Positions 52,201-63,284 of a stretch of 64,000 nucleotides of DNA are shown here, one piece after another. Numbering within the stretch: the stretch's first letter is position 1; each line of letters begins with the position of its first letter. The stretch spans positions 7,298 to 71,297 of the forward strand of contig NMRA01000578.1 of NCBI GenBank assembly GCA_002633005.1. The letters are read 5' to 3'. The translations under genes were made by a program, and so were the position numbers. The notes beneath the pieces were generated by a model. That model had not been told where the DNA came from and made no database searches. It worked only from the letters and a program-made list of their open reading frames with translations. Source of the stretch: Phoronis australis. Taxonomy: Eukaryota > Animalia > Phoronida.

Positions 52201-55200
52201 TAGAAAGTCAGCACATTGATGTAACCTTTTAGCAGGAGTACTGCAGAAATCTATACAATACTTCACCATATTTTCAAAATACGCTTGGCAAATAGTATTA
52301 GGTGAAAACGTGCTGCAAGTGGTTTTCCTGCACAATGGACATTCATGAAATGGGCTAGACTGCAGGTTTATGCCAGCACAGATTTCAGAGCCACTCTTGA
52401 AGGTGCCATAAACATGCACGTGTCTCACAAAAATACAGCATTCATATTAACAAGTTTTATAAGAGACTTTTTCATAGGACATCAGGAATGTGAAGGCAAA
52501 TAGCTGCTAACATTAACAAAGCAAATCGCTAATATTTAGGTTAATCACAAAGCAACACCATGCGCAGAAAGAGCCTTAAAAATTATGTCCTTAGGGAATG
52601 TAGCCTTCTCACATTATCAACTAAGGCAGATCTGTTAGCAGACCGGAGGGCAGATCATGCACGAAATGGCCAGGCTTCATACAAGCAATCCTTTGTAAAG
52701 AACCTGATGGCAAAAATCCTATCTAAAAAGTATGAATGGTGTATTTGACCACTTCAAGTGGTGTTAAACACGTGCTTTCTGTCAAAAATCACTTATCGTA
52801 AAATCCGTCTATCTTTCTCAAATTAGACGTTACCGCTGAGCTTGGGAAGAAATGACAGTTCTTTCTTTCTTAACTCATAAAATTTCATGTCACCTACTTT
52901 GAGGTAATGAATTGTAAGTATTCTTCAACCTAAAATCATAGGTTTTGATTAAGGAACTGTTCTAGACAATTTCATACCATAAGAAGCTTAAATCAAAATT
53001 TGACAGAAAGCACAAATGTGATGCAGTTTTAACTACCGAAACTGGCCACGACTTGATCTTTGCTTAGTTTGCAGTACTTTCCAACCCACCTCTTTAACTT
53101 TGCTGTTGCCGACAGGATTGGGACACGCGCGACGATGACAGACGAGTTCTTTGGGATCTGTTCTTCCATGTCGTAATACACTGCACACAAAAGAAGAATG
53201 AAGAAAAACTATAGCATTACCATGCAATGCAGTAAAACCAGTACATTAAAACAGGCTCAGTTTATAAACTCTGATTCCATTCCACAAGTCAAATGCATTG
53301 TTTACAGAAAACTTTGGATACAATCAATTTCGAAAACAAGTAAAATAGTATTAAATAAAACAAGAGTCGGGACTGAAATGCATGCTGATCAAAACGTGTG
53401 GACTATTCCAATATATTTTAGAATATGTGTCATACCCTTGATAAGGACCACTCGAAACGTGGAAAATATTTTAATATATTTTAGTACAGACACTAGTTTT
53501 ACCTTATCTTATTTTACTATTCCTAACCATGGGTAACTGCACGGCATTCCAACACCCATTTTATTTATAAGTCTGGGGAGGTTTCTTTGCAATGAGATTC
53601 CACTGAATGTGAAACGAGACAATGGGCAACTCCCTACCAAAATATTTGGCGTATCATTTCCCACATCTTCAATGCTTCTACAACACACATACAAAGGGTG
53701 CAATGTCCAGGTTTTACTAAGGTAAATGTCATTTGTCTCATACAAAATGTTAGTCACAATACAAGACAAATAACAGCGAAAAGTCAAATTACCAACAAAA
53801 GAAAATTACAAGCAAATGGCCAAAACTTCTTGTGATTAGTCACTGAAAAAAGTCTTGTTTGTGGTATTTGAAAAAAAAAACACAGGGCAAGGGCTATCAA
53901 TGTCTCAATTTTGGAACCAAACATTTGACTGAATTCCCTTTGAAACACTAAAAACAATTCCCCTCACCAGACCCAAACACTAACCTTAAAGTTAGAATCA
54001 GTCTTAACTCACACAGACACTCTGACTTCTGACATTAATTAAGTTTTATGAACTGCAAAAAGTTCAGCCACCTGCAGTAACAGAAAAACTGCCCGAGTTG
54101 TTTTAACTGTACAGCCTTCCACACTGCAGCAATAAACAATCAAATGATTTGTAAACTGGGGAAAGCAGTTGTCACACATTTAAGGTTTAAATTGTTAAAA
54201 CTCAAAGCTTGTGCGTTGACATGATAACATACAGTGCCCATTTCAAAATTCATTGGTTTAACTTTTCTTTCAAGTGTTCTCAACACCATGGACCACATGG
54301 ATTTATTGAAGCTAGAAGCTTCAGCTTGCTTTGTCGCTGCACCTCCATNTTAATTAAGTTTTATGAACTGCAAAAAGTTCAGCCACCTGCAGTAACAGAA
54401 AAACTGCCGAGTTGTTTTAACTGTACAGCCTTCCACACTGCAGCAATAAACAATCAAATGATTTGTAAACTGGGGAAAGCAGTTGTCACACATTTAAGGT
54501 TTAAATTGTTAAAACTCAAAGCTTGTGCGTTGACATGATAACATACAGTGCCCATTTCAAAATTCATTGGTTTAACTTTTCTTTCAAGTGTTCTCAACAC
54601 CATGGACCACATGGATTTATTGAAGCTAGAAGCTTCAGCTTGCTTTGTCGCTGCACCTCCATTAATTGTGAGGCCATCTGCTTTAAACGGTCAATAGAGC
54701 CTCTCTTACAAGAGGGGTATCCGCACCGCAAGGTGAGCTACGAAATCACAATATCCAGCTCCAAAAACACACTTGGTAAAAATACAAGGGCATATAGTCT
54801 GAACACTGAGAAGGCACCATGTTTACTGTCACAAGGCTTGGCAATAAGTCAACTAGAGATAAATATCTTTGCTTTAAGTAGAGCCTGTGAGGAATCTCGG
54901 TGTTCTCCACAACTGAAAAACCATGTGTGCCCAATGCAAGCGGACACCATAATTTTTTTCAAACTGATCGCACGGCATCAAATCGTGTCATAGGTGTCTG
55001 CAAACTGCCATATTCAAACTGTTCATGAAGAATAGTCTTTAACTTTGTTAAGGCATAACTGAAGATTTTTAAGTCAAAAACCTTGAGGATCTGTGCAAGT
55101 TCATCAAATCTAACCGAGAGAGGAATCTTTTAAAGCTTAACTTCAACGGATAGTCCTAGCAAAGTCATAGTAATATAAGAAAACGTGAGTTCAATCGCGC

Positions 55201-56288
55201 AAGTGTTAGCCCGTCAAATGATAAGTCAAGCTGCCTTTTCGTGTTATGTTGCGTCACTGCGAGATCCCAGCTCAAACAACAAAAGACCGATAACAGTTGT
55301 ATTGAATAAAGGTCTGAATAGAACATCATTGTGTACGGGTGTTATTCGCAACTGTTTGAATCAAAGGGCGATTCTCGCAGTGACTTACACAAAAGCAAGC
55401 CAATACGCCCTAACAGTTAGGTACACTTGGCAATTTATGGCACTAGTGGACTCCGAGCAATGCTATTAACATACTATAGTAACTAAATTTACAGGTGTAA
55501 CTAGTAGGAGGAATGGGGCCAGATATTCGGCCCAAAATCGAGGCATTAAGTCAGGGTCTTGATTAACTATGATCCTTTTACCTCAAAGTACTAGGCTTCA
55601 GGGGCAGATCCAGAACTTTTAGTTGGCGGGGAAGCGCAATGTTAACCAGGATTTTGCCCATCAGACATTCGCACCCCTGAACTGCCAAATGGGATCTAGG
55701 AGTTGGGAGGGTCAATGGCTCCCACTGGGCTTAAGTTTTAGGATATGGTTACAGGTAAAAGTTAGAGATGGTTTTCGTTTGGAACTCGAATTCTTAGAAT
55801 TCACCTCTTCTATTTCCAAGATGCATCAGTATCAAGTCCATCGTAGATAATGGTGTGAACTGGTAGATTTCAGGAAAATATTACAACTACAAAATTATCT
55901 TAAATTTCACCAGAAGCCTAAACTGCAGAATTAACCCCAATGGGCTTAAGTTTAGCCAACAGCATTCAGTTTCACAGATCCTACGTGCTACAGACGAATC
56001 ACTCAAGGAGCAGAATGAAAGTGAATTGGGCATGATTCATAGATTCAAAGAAAGACTACAATGTGAACACCACAGGATTCTCAAAACCATCTAGTCACCA
56101 CAGATCTAATCACCTTGCTTGGTTTGCGCATTAGTTATTTCCAAGTCGAATTCATTTCTTCCGCTGCCACTTGACCGAGTCTTCTCAATTATTGCCTTTT
56201 TCAAGTCAGCAACACTCATCGTAAGCCCATCAAATGTTACAGAGTCTTGCCTTTTGCTGCTCTTGAATTTAAAATGGATGTGTGCCAT
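30754..56288 (-). CDS. RBBP6: RBBP6 (PACT/P2P-R, Mpe1 homologue): E3 ligase and pre-mRNA 3'-end processing factor, 19 exons, ~1415 aa
   Basis: Phase-consistent exons: 56288-56114, 53180-53090, 52153-52120, 47660-47613, 43735-43647, 42280-42181, 41382-41109, 40680-40314, 39697-39616, 38770-38572, 38195-38147, 37772-37585, 36548-36407, 36087-36001, 35708-35400, 34187-34026, 33691-32546, 31834-31663, 31287-30754 (sum 4248 nt, divisible by 3). Domains in order: DWNN, zinc knuckle, RING, Pro-rich, RS-rich, Lys/Asp-rich, C-terminal KKHKKH tail. Confidence 0.95.
32546..33691 (-). CDS. RBBP6: RBBP6 large Lys/Asp/Glu-rich exon
   Basis: 1146-nt open frame with a (KD)n run and APEMSKWERDE, resembling the conserved P.SKW.+D motif. 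Confidence 0.92.
35400..35708 (-). CDS. RBBP6: RBBP6 RS-domain exon
   Basis: SRSRSFTPRSRSYSRSRSRSRSRSRP...; phase 2-2; canonical splice sites. Confidence 0.92.
36825..37249. mobile_element. Degenerate Harbinger-like MITE with internal TGACACGGA repeats
   Basis: Direct tgacacgga units on the left, inverted tccgtgtca units on the right; right end gtgtctaaacgggacttta. Confidence 0.55.
40314..41382 (-). CDS. RBBP6: RBBP6 RING exons (41382-41109 and 40680-40314)
   Basis: KRSTGIPQS...PKELTCALCKDLLTDAVVTPCCGDSFCDEC|IRTALL..EDHECPIC...LVANKFLRQAVNSF..TGY. Confidence 0.95.
41539..41845. mobile_element. TTAA-flanked MITE (Kolobok-like)
   Basis: ttaa-GGTTATgaAGGACC ... GGTCCTaaATAACC-ttaa. Confidence 0.7.
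42181..42280 (-). CDS. RBBP6: RBBP6 CCHC zinc-knuckle exon
   Basis: GPPPPYYRCYRCHQGGHYITNCP. Confidence 0.95.
43850..44099. mobile_element. MITE with CAGGGCTTGGAA TIRs (copy 2, inverted)
   Basis: Same TIRs; internal sequence is the reverse complement of copy 1; flanks gtatgt/gtatga. Confidence 0.8.
46039..46368. mobile_element. Two tandem ~155-bp MITE copies (46039-46196, 46214-46368); a third decayed copy lies at ~1785-1940
   Basis: Imperfect TIRs tcaacctatcgccag / cttgcgataggtcaa; shared internal cattcttgacacac..cattttacc. Confidence 0.7.
53090..53180 (-). CDS. RBBP6: RBBP6 exon 2, DWNN (C part)
   Basis: VYYDMEEQIPKNSSVIVARVP; tgtgcag acceptor, AG|GTGGGT donor. Confidence 0.93.
54035..54662. 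repeat. ~314-bp direct duplication around a single N (54349); probable scaffold-overlap artefact
   Basis: 54035-54348 matches 54350-54662, with one 1-bp indel seen. Confidence 0.85.
56114..56288 (-). CDS. RBBP6: RBBP6 exon 1, DWNN ubiquitin-like domain (N part)
   Basis: MAHIHFKFKS...SVTFDGLTMSVADLKKAI...DLEITNAQTKQ; G|GTGATT donor. Confidence 0.95.
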
Positions 56289-56749
56289 TGTGAAGGTGTT
56301 TTTCTAACCAGGTATTTAGCGTCCAAAATAACCAAGTCAAAATTTATAACGGATTCACAGTGAATTTGTCAGTGAATAATCGAGTACAAAGACAAAATAT
56401 CAGAATACACATCAACTCTTATTCACAATAAACAAATGCACTTCATAAAATTGTAGTCTATAAGAGTCGCTGTCTCACAAACAGTTCAAATATCCTTCAA
56501 GGATCAACCAACGTCTGTTCAGAACAAAGAGAATGGACTGACGCAGTTCCGTCTTCCGATTCATTTTCACCACACCGGCGGTTTTGAAACAACTTTTAGC
56601 CAGTTCATTGTCCGTTTTGGCGCCTGCATTGATGGATTTTCATCAAACACATTTAGCGATTTAACAGTTTATCGTTTCCTCGAATTATAGTACTGAAATG
56701 TTGATCACTCCAGGATAGTACACACTTCTCTCTTTCTTCACACAGCCTC

Positions 56750-56895
56750 CACTACAAAAATGGCGACAAACGTTGGTTGGGTTGCCCTTCGGAAAATCAA
56801 GACGTTTCCGTGTTTTGCCGTCACTTTCCGTTTTCAACGTCACTTCCGCTCCAATGGCGCTTTTGTAAATATTGACAACTTCACGTTCAGTAAGT
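56750..56895. promoter_or_regulatory. Probable bidirectional housekeeping promoter (RBBP6 / TPR gene)
   Basis: CpG-richer patch with YY1-like AAAATGGCG (~56757), several ETS-like CGGAA/TTCCG sites, a CCAAT, and a + strand TCA|GTAAGT donor at 56890. Confidence 0.5.
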
Positions 56896-57270
56896 TTTGA
56901 AAGCAACAGAGTCGTTTTATTAGGATTAGTAGCTTTGCTTTACGATTTTGTAAACATTTTCAAACACTCTGAACTGTCACGTTACTATAAAGCTTGTTTA
57001 AAAGCAAGGACTTGTATGAAAAATTGTCACACATTGTCTTGTTTACCTTCCATTGACCATTCCACTAAAGTGACTAAAAATTATTGACTCAGTCATGGAG
57101 TCATGGACATGACTGGCAGTGGACAAGCTGTGCGTGAACTTGGAATCCTGCTCAATCTCAAGATCACTTATGCGTGAACTTGAATTTGAATACTCATCTG
57201 GGCAATCAGGTGAAATTTTTTGTTCAGTGTGTGGTGAACTCCCCGAGCTGGTTTTACTGGGTACACCGTA

Positions 57271-57756
57271 CAGGGCTTGGAATTTTCCGCAGAAACGCGG
57301 ATTTCCGCTTTTTTCAAATGTTCTTTCCGATCATTTTATAATATTTCCGCATAAAAAAAATTGGATTTGATATAAAATTTCCGCGGCAAATTCCTTTCTT
57401 ACCGCGGCATTGCAGACGACGTTCACCTCGAAAAGTGGAAGTTGCTCTTAATGTTTCGGAGGAACGTAAATTGTCAACATTGCCGGGGCATCTGGGATAG
57501 CGTGGTGGGATTTTCTCGTGTTACTGTAAACCGCGGCGACAAATTACAGCTCTGCAGCCAAAAGTGTGTGGATTGGGAGTCGACGGGCGACCTAAAAGGA
57601 CGCAGACGCATGCTACTGATGGTGGTAACGTTTTTAGTCCTCCCGATTTCTGTCGCGGGGGAAAGGTTCACATCGACCATTTCAAGGCTGGGTAGCGCGC
57701 ATGATTTGGGCCGTAAAAGTTTCCGCGTTTTTTGTCATTGGTCATTCCAAGCCCTG
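57271..57756. mobile_element. Longer MITE of the CAGGGCTTGGAA family
   Basis: Same TIRs and the subterminal tttttgtcattggtcattccaagccctg shared with copy 1. Confidence 0.8.
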
Positions 57757-58716
57757 TGGGTAGGACTTGGAGCACATAGACTTACTGCACACTCTGACTC
57801 TGGTCAGCCAAGGCCAAGGGGTTCTCCATTCTGATGAATGATTGTCAAATTCACCGGGCAATTGTCTACTTCAGTCCATACTGTACTACACCAACACACT
57901 GACAGTCCCTGTCCAAACTGGACTCACAAATTGGTTAGTTAATGCAAAAATTCCAAACTCAACTGTTCAAATCTCTGAATCAGTGAATGAATGCGTGTTC
58001 ACCAAAACAAACTACGTCTTCCTTCCAAGGCAACTGGAACAAATGAGAGCGAACACGAGGTTTAGCGGACCACCCGAATATCTCCAGCAGGCCCTGATTG
58101 GCCAAAAAAATAGATCAATTAGCCACAAGAGGGGTTCACGTAACAACCAATTAGGCAATCATAACAGACCTGACCTAAAAGGTCAGAGGTCACATACCTG
58201 TCAGCTTCAGCGTTCATGACAAGTGAAAAGAATTTTTGTGATTATTGGTTCATGATCACCCATTTTCTCTTACCGTAACTTGTGTCAAAGAATCGGAGGA
58301 AAATGTGAATGGTTAAATCAATTATTGTTTGGTAAATAAGATTGCCAATAGTTGAAAAAAGATTGGTGAAAATTTCCATTATTTTATTAACATGTAATTT
58401 GATTTGGTGCAGTGCAAATTTTTATAAACATGAACTTGATTACTGTATTTGAGTGAACTTTCCTTGTGTATTCCAAGTTCACGCTCAACAGGCATGCCAT
58501 TCTTGGTGACTCATTGCTGTATGCAAGTGAACGCAATTCATTGTCTAGTGAGTCTGTCAACAATTCTTCGTAAGGGTGTTTAAGTTTTAGCTTTGACTCT
58601 TGAATATTCATAATCCTCTGGTCTGGTCTGGTCTGGTCTTAAACTTAATCAGTGCATGTGAGGCATAATTCGCCAAAAAGCTTCCAGCGTATGAAGTGCC
58701 TACTGTATAGGAGCTT

Positions 58717-59853
58717 CACTGTCCCGACGGTCAATGGAGGCGGTGACACTGTCCCAACAGGCCTTCATGCAGCGTACGTCCTGGGCGTCCATTTGGACCC
58801 CCTAGCACTAATGTAGACGCCCTGGCAAGGACGCCCAATGTATCATTTGGACGCCCTGTCAATCAGAATTTCTCCAGTTTGGACACCCACATTGAAAGAT
58901 TACTAAGACTCCCAGTTAATCAAAGCAGGAAGTTGGCCCTTTCAACTCGAAAGAAATATACAAAGTATTTAAAATGTTGCAATATTCAAACTATTTTCAA
59001 ATTATTTGGCAGACCTGTCAATCATTAGCACGTGGCTGGTTGCCAGATTGTCTGCTTTCAACAGACTCATATTCCACTGCCATTCTGTACTTTATATAGG
59101 GACATGGACCTTGCTTAACTCCAAACTGGTGTTTCAGAGCTGTAATTTCATGTACTTCATCGTTTTTTAAAAATACCAAAAGCAAAATAAATGTCATTAT
59201 TTTAATAATATGATGTGCCGCAAGAATATCCCCATTTAAAATGTTTGAGTTTTCGCCTGTTTCATGCTTTTCTATGTGCGTCTAAAATGGAGCAGCAGTG
59301 ACACCTGTTGTCAAAATATAAACCACACATCATCTGTGCATTTTTCTTTTGTTGGTAACTGCAGCTTTGATGACTCATTGTACAGAATATAAAGCTAGTG
59401 AAGTTGATATAATAAACTTTATAACAGAATTTGACTTGAGATGACCAAAAACAGTGCACTCATCGTTCAACCAATATCTGTAATACCCGTTTGGTAAGCT
59501 ATTTGGCTGTTTTCGTAAATTTAAACATAAAAGTCTTGATCAACAGTTTTTTAGTACTTAAAAAAGCCCAATACAAGGGAGCTGTTTTTGTAAACTTAGG
59601 TGTAAAAGCCTTGTTCAACGCATTTTTTAATTGTAAAAAAAACCTCACTGTGTGTGTTTTGGGGGGGGTTTACTGGTGAATGGGGTGGGGAGGGGGGTGG
59701 GTAATGCGGCGTTGGAATCATGGACGCCCTGGAATTTTGGGAACCCCATTTTGGACACCCTATGTTCGAAATCCTAGATGAAGCCCTGTGTCCCAACGGT
59801 CAGTGGAGACGGTGGCACTGTCCCGACGGTCAGTCGAGACGGTGGCACTGTCC
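58717..59853. repeat. 30-bp minisatellite (cactgtcccgacggtcartggagrcggtgr) split by the hAT insertion
   Basis: Units at 58717-58757 and 59789-59853. Confidence 0.75.
58758..59788. mobile_element. Non-autonomous hAT-type DNA transposon (~1031 bp)
   Basis: Imperfect TIRs CAGGCCTTCATGCAG / CTAGATGAAGCCCTG and a perfect 8-bp TSD TGTCCCAA (58750-57, 59789-96). Confidence 0.85.
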
Positions 59854-61798
59854 AGTCTGGTATAACATGTATAATCTAGTCTGGTTAAAAACCGAGCAAA
59901 ACAAACTCTAACACAAAATTAATTTATTGAAAATAAAACTCTTTCTTGAGTTGGTTGGCTGCACAAAAAAGTGGAGTAAAAGTGTCCCTCTTGAAAATGG
60001 ATGCCCAGCAGTTTTCACTGAATAACGACAATGTCCGTTATTCAGTGAAACTGGTTCCCAGTAACGATTTTGAAGAGTGATCTGCTTACTCCACTTTTAT
60101 CTAAAAACCAGTGACTTTAATCTGTCATTCTGTTATTGTGTGTGGTTTGATCACCTGTGTCAAATTTGAGCGCCATGAAATAGAGAGCCATCTGTTGTCT
60201 GTCTCCACTGTTCTTTTTTCACAAATTGACTCACAATTCACAACAAATTGCCCAAAGAGGTTGCACTTTTTCTATCCTGAGACATTTCTGGTTCAGCATA
60301 TATGTTATCGAATTGCAAAAGATGTCACTTTGCCAAACCTGTTTTGGAAATCAACTTCTGTAGACTAGACATAATGTCATTTGAATGCCAGTGTTGCAAA
60401 CACTTACACACGTCCTGTATTTTGATGTTATGTTTGTTACATCAGCACCTGAAGTAGACTTGTGTCAAATTGAAAATTAAACTTGGCGTAAGTTGCTAAC
60501 TTTTACCCACATTGTCCTTTAAAGTTTAGTCATGCACAGCTAGCAAACTGGCTAAAAATCCATGTGCACCAGTCTGGCAACTCATCTATGTTGTCGCCAG
60601 CTACACCCGGAATCAAACAAGCAACTCTCTATGGCAGAATCTAGTGTCCAAATTTTTTCGTCTCTGAAGGAATTGCCAATTGTCAAGAAATTTAGGAAAG
60701 ATTTACAGCACATCACAGCTGGAAGTCATGTGATACAGCACTCTTTCCCCTTCTTTAAGTCTTGACAACATTGTTTGGGGTGCGGAATTTGCCTTCCACA
60801 ATATTCCGTGTGTCTGGGGATTTGTCCTTGGCAACCCTGTCTCTGTGTTCTTGATCCACCACCACCAGGTCGGCACCCTTTCCATTCGCTGCTTGACCCA
60901 CATCATCCATTCAAAGATGGCCATTTACTAATGTAGGCCTATGGGCATCTGTGCGGAACTGCGCTTGTATGTGAAACTTAGGTCCATGCAATACGCCAAT
61001 ATGCAAACCACTGGGGTAATAAACTTTAAAGGCTGTGAAAAGGATATTATTTCGGAATGATTGCCATAAGAGGCACAGCAGTAGTCAAAATGCAAATTAA
61101 TGTATGTACCTATGCACGGGACATTACCTGGGCTTATAATTATGTGAAATTTGGACATGCCCCAGTATGGGAACCTCTTGGGTAAAAAGGGCTTGAAAAA
61201 AGCATTATTTCAGATATAGACCGGTGGGCCTGAAGGTGTGTCAATACAGTATTAGTGTATTGACAACTAAAAAAAATAAAATTTTACAGAATATGATGAT
61301 TACCTGTTTTACAGTTTTAAAGTATGTGAATGCAATGAGCCTGGATCACTCAATTGTCTGGCAGATTTTATCTCTGAAGCACCCCTTAGTGGCCATTTTG
61401 GTTTCAGTGAGGCGCTTACTTTTGGGAGTAAGAGCATTTCTGGATGAAATGTATCGAACCAATTGATGGATTTTAATGAAATTTGACACAGATGTATGCG
61501 ACTCCAATGCTCCGGTACCACTCAATCTTTGGGTAAATTTGTCCCTTGCAGCACTTGCCAGTGGCCAGTTTGGTCTCAACATTTTTTTCTTTAACATTTG
61601 CACGCTGTTTTTTGTGAATGAATCGTGCTTGATGAAGTATCTCAGTTAGGAGTGACTTTGTTTTTTTATTAGTTTTCTGATTCTTTGTGAAAGCTATTGC
61701 ATTAAAGGTAAACTACTTTTTCCATTTTCAGACTTTCAAGATGACCTGAAGGCAACAATGGTTTGTGGTAGTTTTAGAAGGTGGAGACGCAGACCAAA

Positions 61799-63284
61799 AT
61801 GGCTAGCATTTTAGAAAGTAGCGCTGCCAAGTTTTTTCGTGAAGGTTTGTTTTTTGTCAGCAATTAATTTTATTTGAATACCGTGTTTTTCTTGTGACTG
61901 AGTGTAGATAACACTTAAGATGAAATTAAGATTAATTTGAGTTTGCTTTTCATCTTCATATGCCATTACAAACATCTCCCCTTTAGTGAGAGTTCCAGAA
62001 CACTATAATTGCATGTTTTCAAATGTAGTAAAACTCGTGTACAACTAGACCAATAGATATCATCCAAGTTTGGTGAAATTCTACTGATTTAAAGCCCCAA
62101 GTGCAGCACATGAACAAGAAGAACATCTAGTACCAGTTAAGTGATACTCCGAGTTGTGCATGTCCAACTAATGCCAGTCTTACTGATGTCGGTCTCGTGT
62201 AGATTCAGTATTTTGTCCAGCACCAAGTGCAGTGAAATCTCACTAATTTCATTTTTCAAAGGCTTCTTACGTTGTTATGAGTCATCAAAGCTATTTCGTA
62301 AGATGGCATTATGAAAATATGCAGAGGTATTTTTTGAACATGAAAAAGTGAAGTGTATATGCGTGGATAATTAGAAGGATACTAAACCTTTTTTTTGGTG
62401 ATTTCAACCAATCCTCTTTCTGCCGCCATTGGTGTCCCACTTGAGAGATAAAAATTAAGCAGGTTTCAAATAAAAACTCATACATTCGTTATCACAGATA
62501 GGATACTGTGGTTCTTGGTGGGTGGGCTCTCCCTTACAAGTGTCCTATAACTTGCCTAAAGCATACGTCACGCTTGCCGTTTAGCAAGACTTCTCAAGGA
62601 AATTTTCAAATTTTGCTCGAGACTATTGGGGGTTGCCGAGGTTACAGGGCATTATTTTGTTTCAGAGAACCAGATGGGAATGTCTTTTTTAATACCTGTT
62701 AATAGGTCAAAACCGGGGTTAATATCCTTTTAATGAAATGAAGTGCTGATACGTAGTGGTAGAATGGTGACTATTTACATCAAATAACATCACAACAGGT
62801 GGCATAATTTACAGTGACTCCGATGACCTGTAAAGGCACACATCGGCTTCATTTCTGACACAGGCACTGCCTTACATGTAGAAGCGCGTGGGCTTTATAC
62901 ATGCATATATGGTAGTTAGAGACATATTATGAAATACTGTGTTCTGCACATTCATTTGGTAATTTCTCCCTAACTTGATAATTTTTTCTGAATTCCACTA
63001 TAGAAATTGGTAATGTTGCTAGATTAAAATCCCAATTTTGTAGTAACAAAATGTTAACATTGATATATAACGTTTCATTTTCCATGTCTGTGCATTGCCC
63101 TTTATGGTACCGTAAGACATTTGCCTTTTGTCTGAAATGTAACATCTTCCCACAATTCTGTGCAGGTCAATTTGAGGATGCTGCCCAGGCTTACACAGAT
63201 GCTCTGGCTCAGTTGTCTGAGGCAGCGACTCCCCATAAAGAGATTGAGCTGTTGTATAACCGTTCTTCATGTTATCTCAAGCTG
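61799..63284 (+). CDS. TPR-domain protein, first two coding exons (3'-partial): 61799-61844 and 63166-63284
   Basis: Spliced peptide MASILESSAAKFFRE|GQFEDAAQAYTDALAQL...ELLYNRSSCYLKL matches the TPR consensus (F..G.+..A...Y..AL / LY.NRS.CYLKL). There is an in-frame stop upstream of the ATG in the same exon (acceptor at 61731). Confidence 0.8.

Noticed and set aside
54035-54662. Tandem duplication in RBBP6 intron 1
   Set aside because: Same single-N overlap pattern; not treated as biological.
58717-59853. CRISPR-like 30-bp repeats
   Set aside because: Units are contiguous without unique spacers, there are no cas genes, and the context is eukaryotic.
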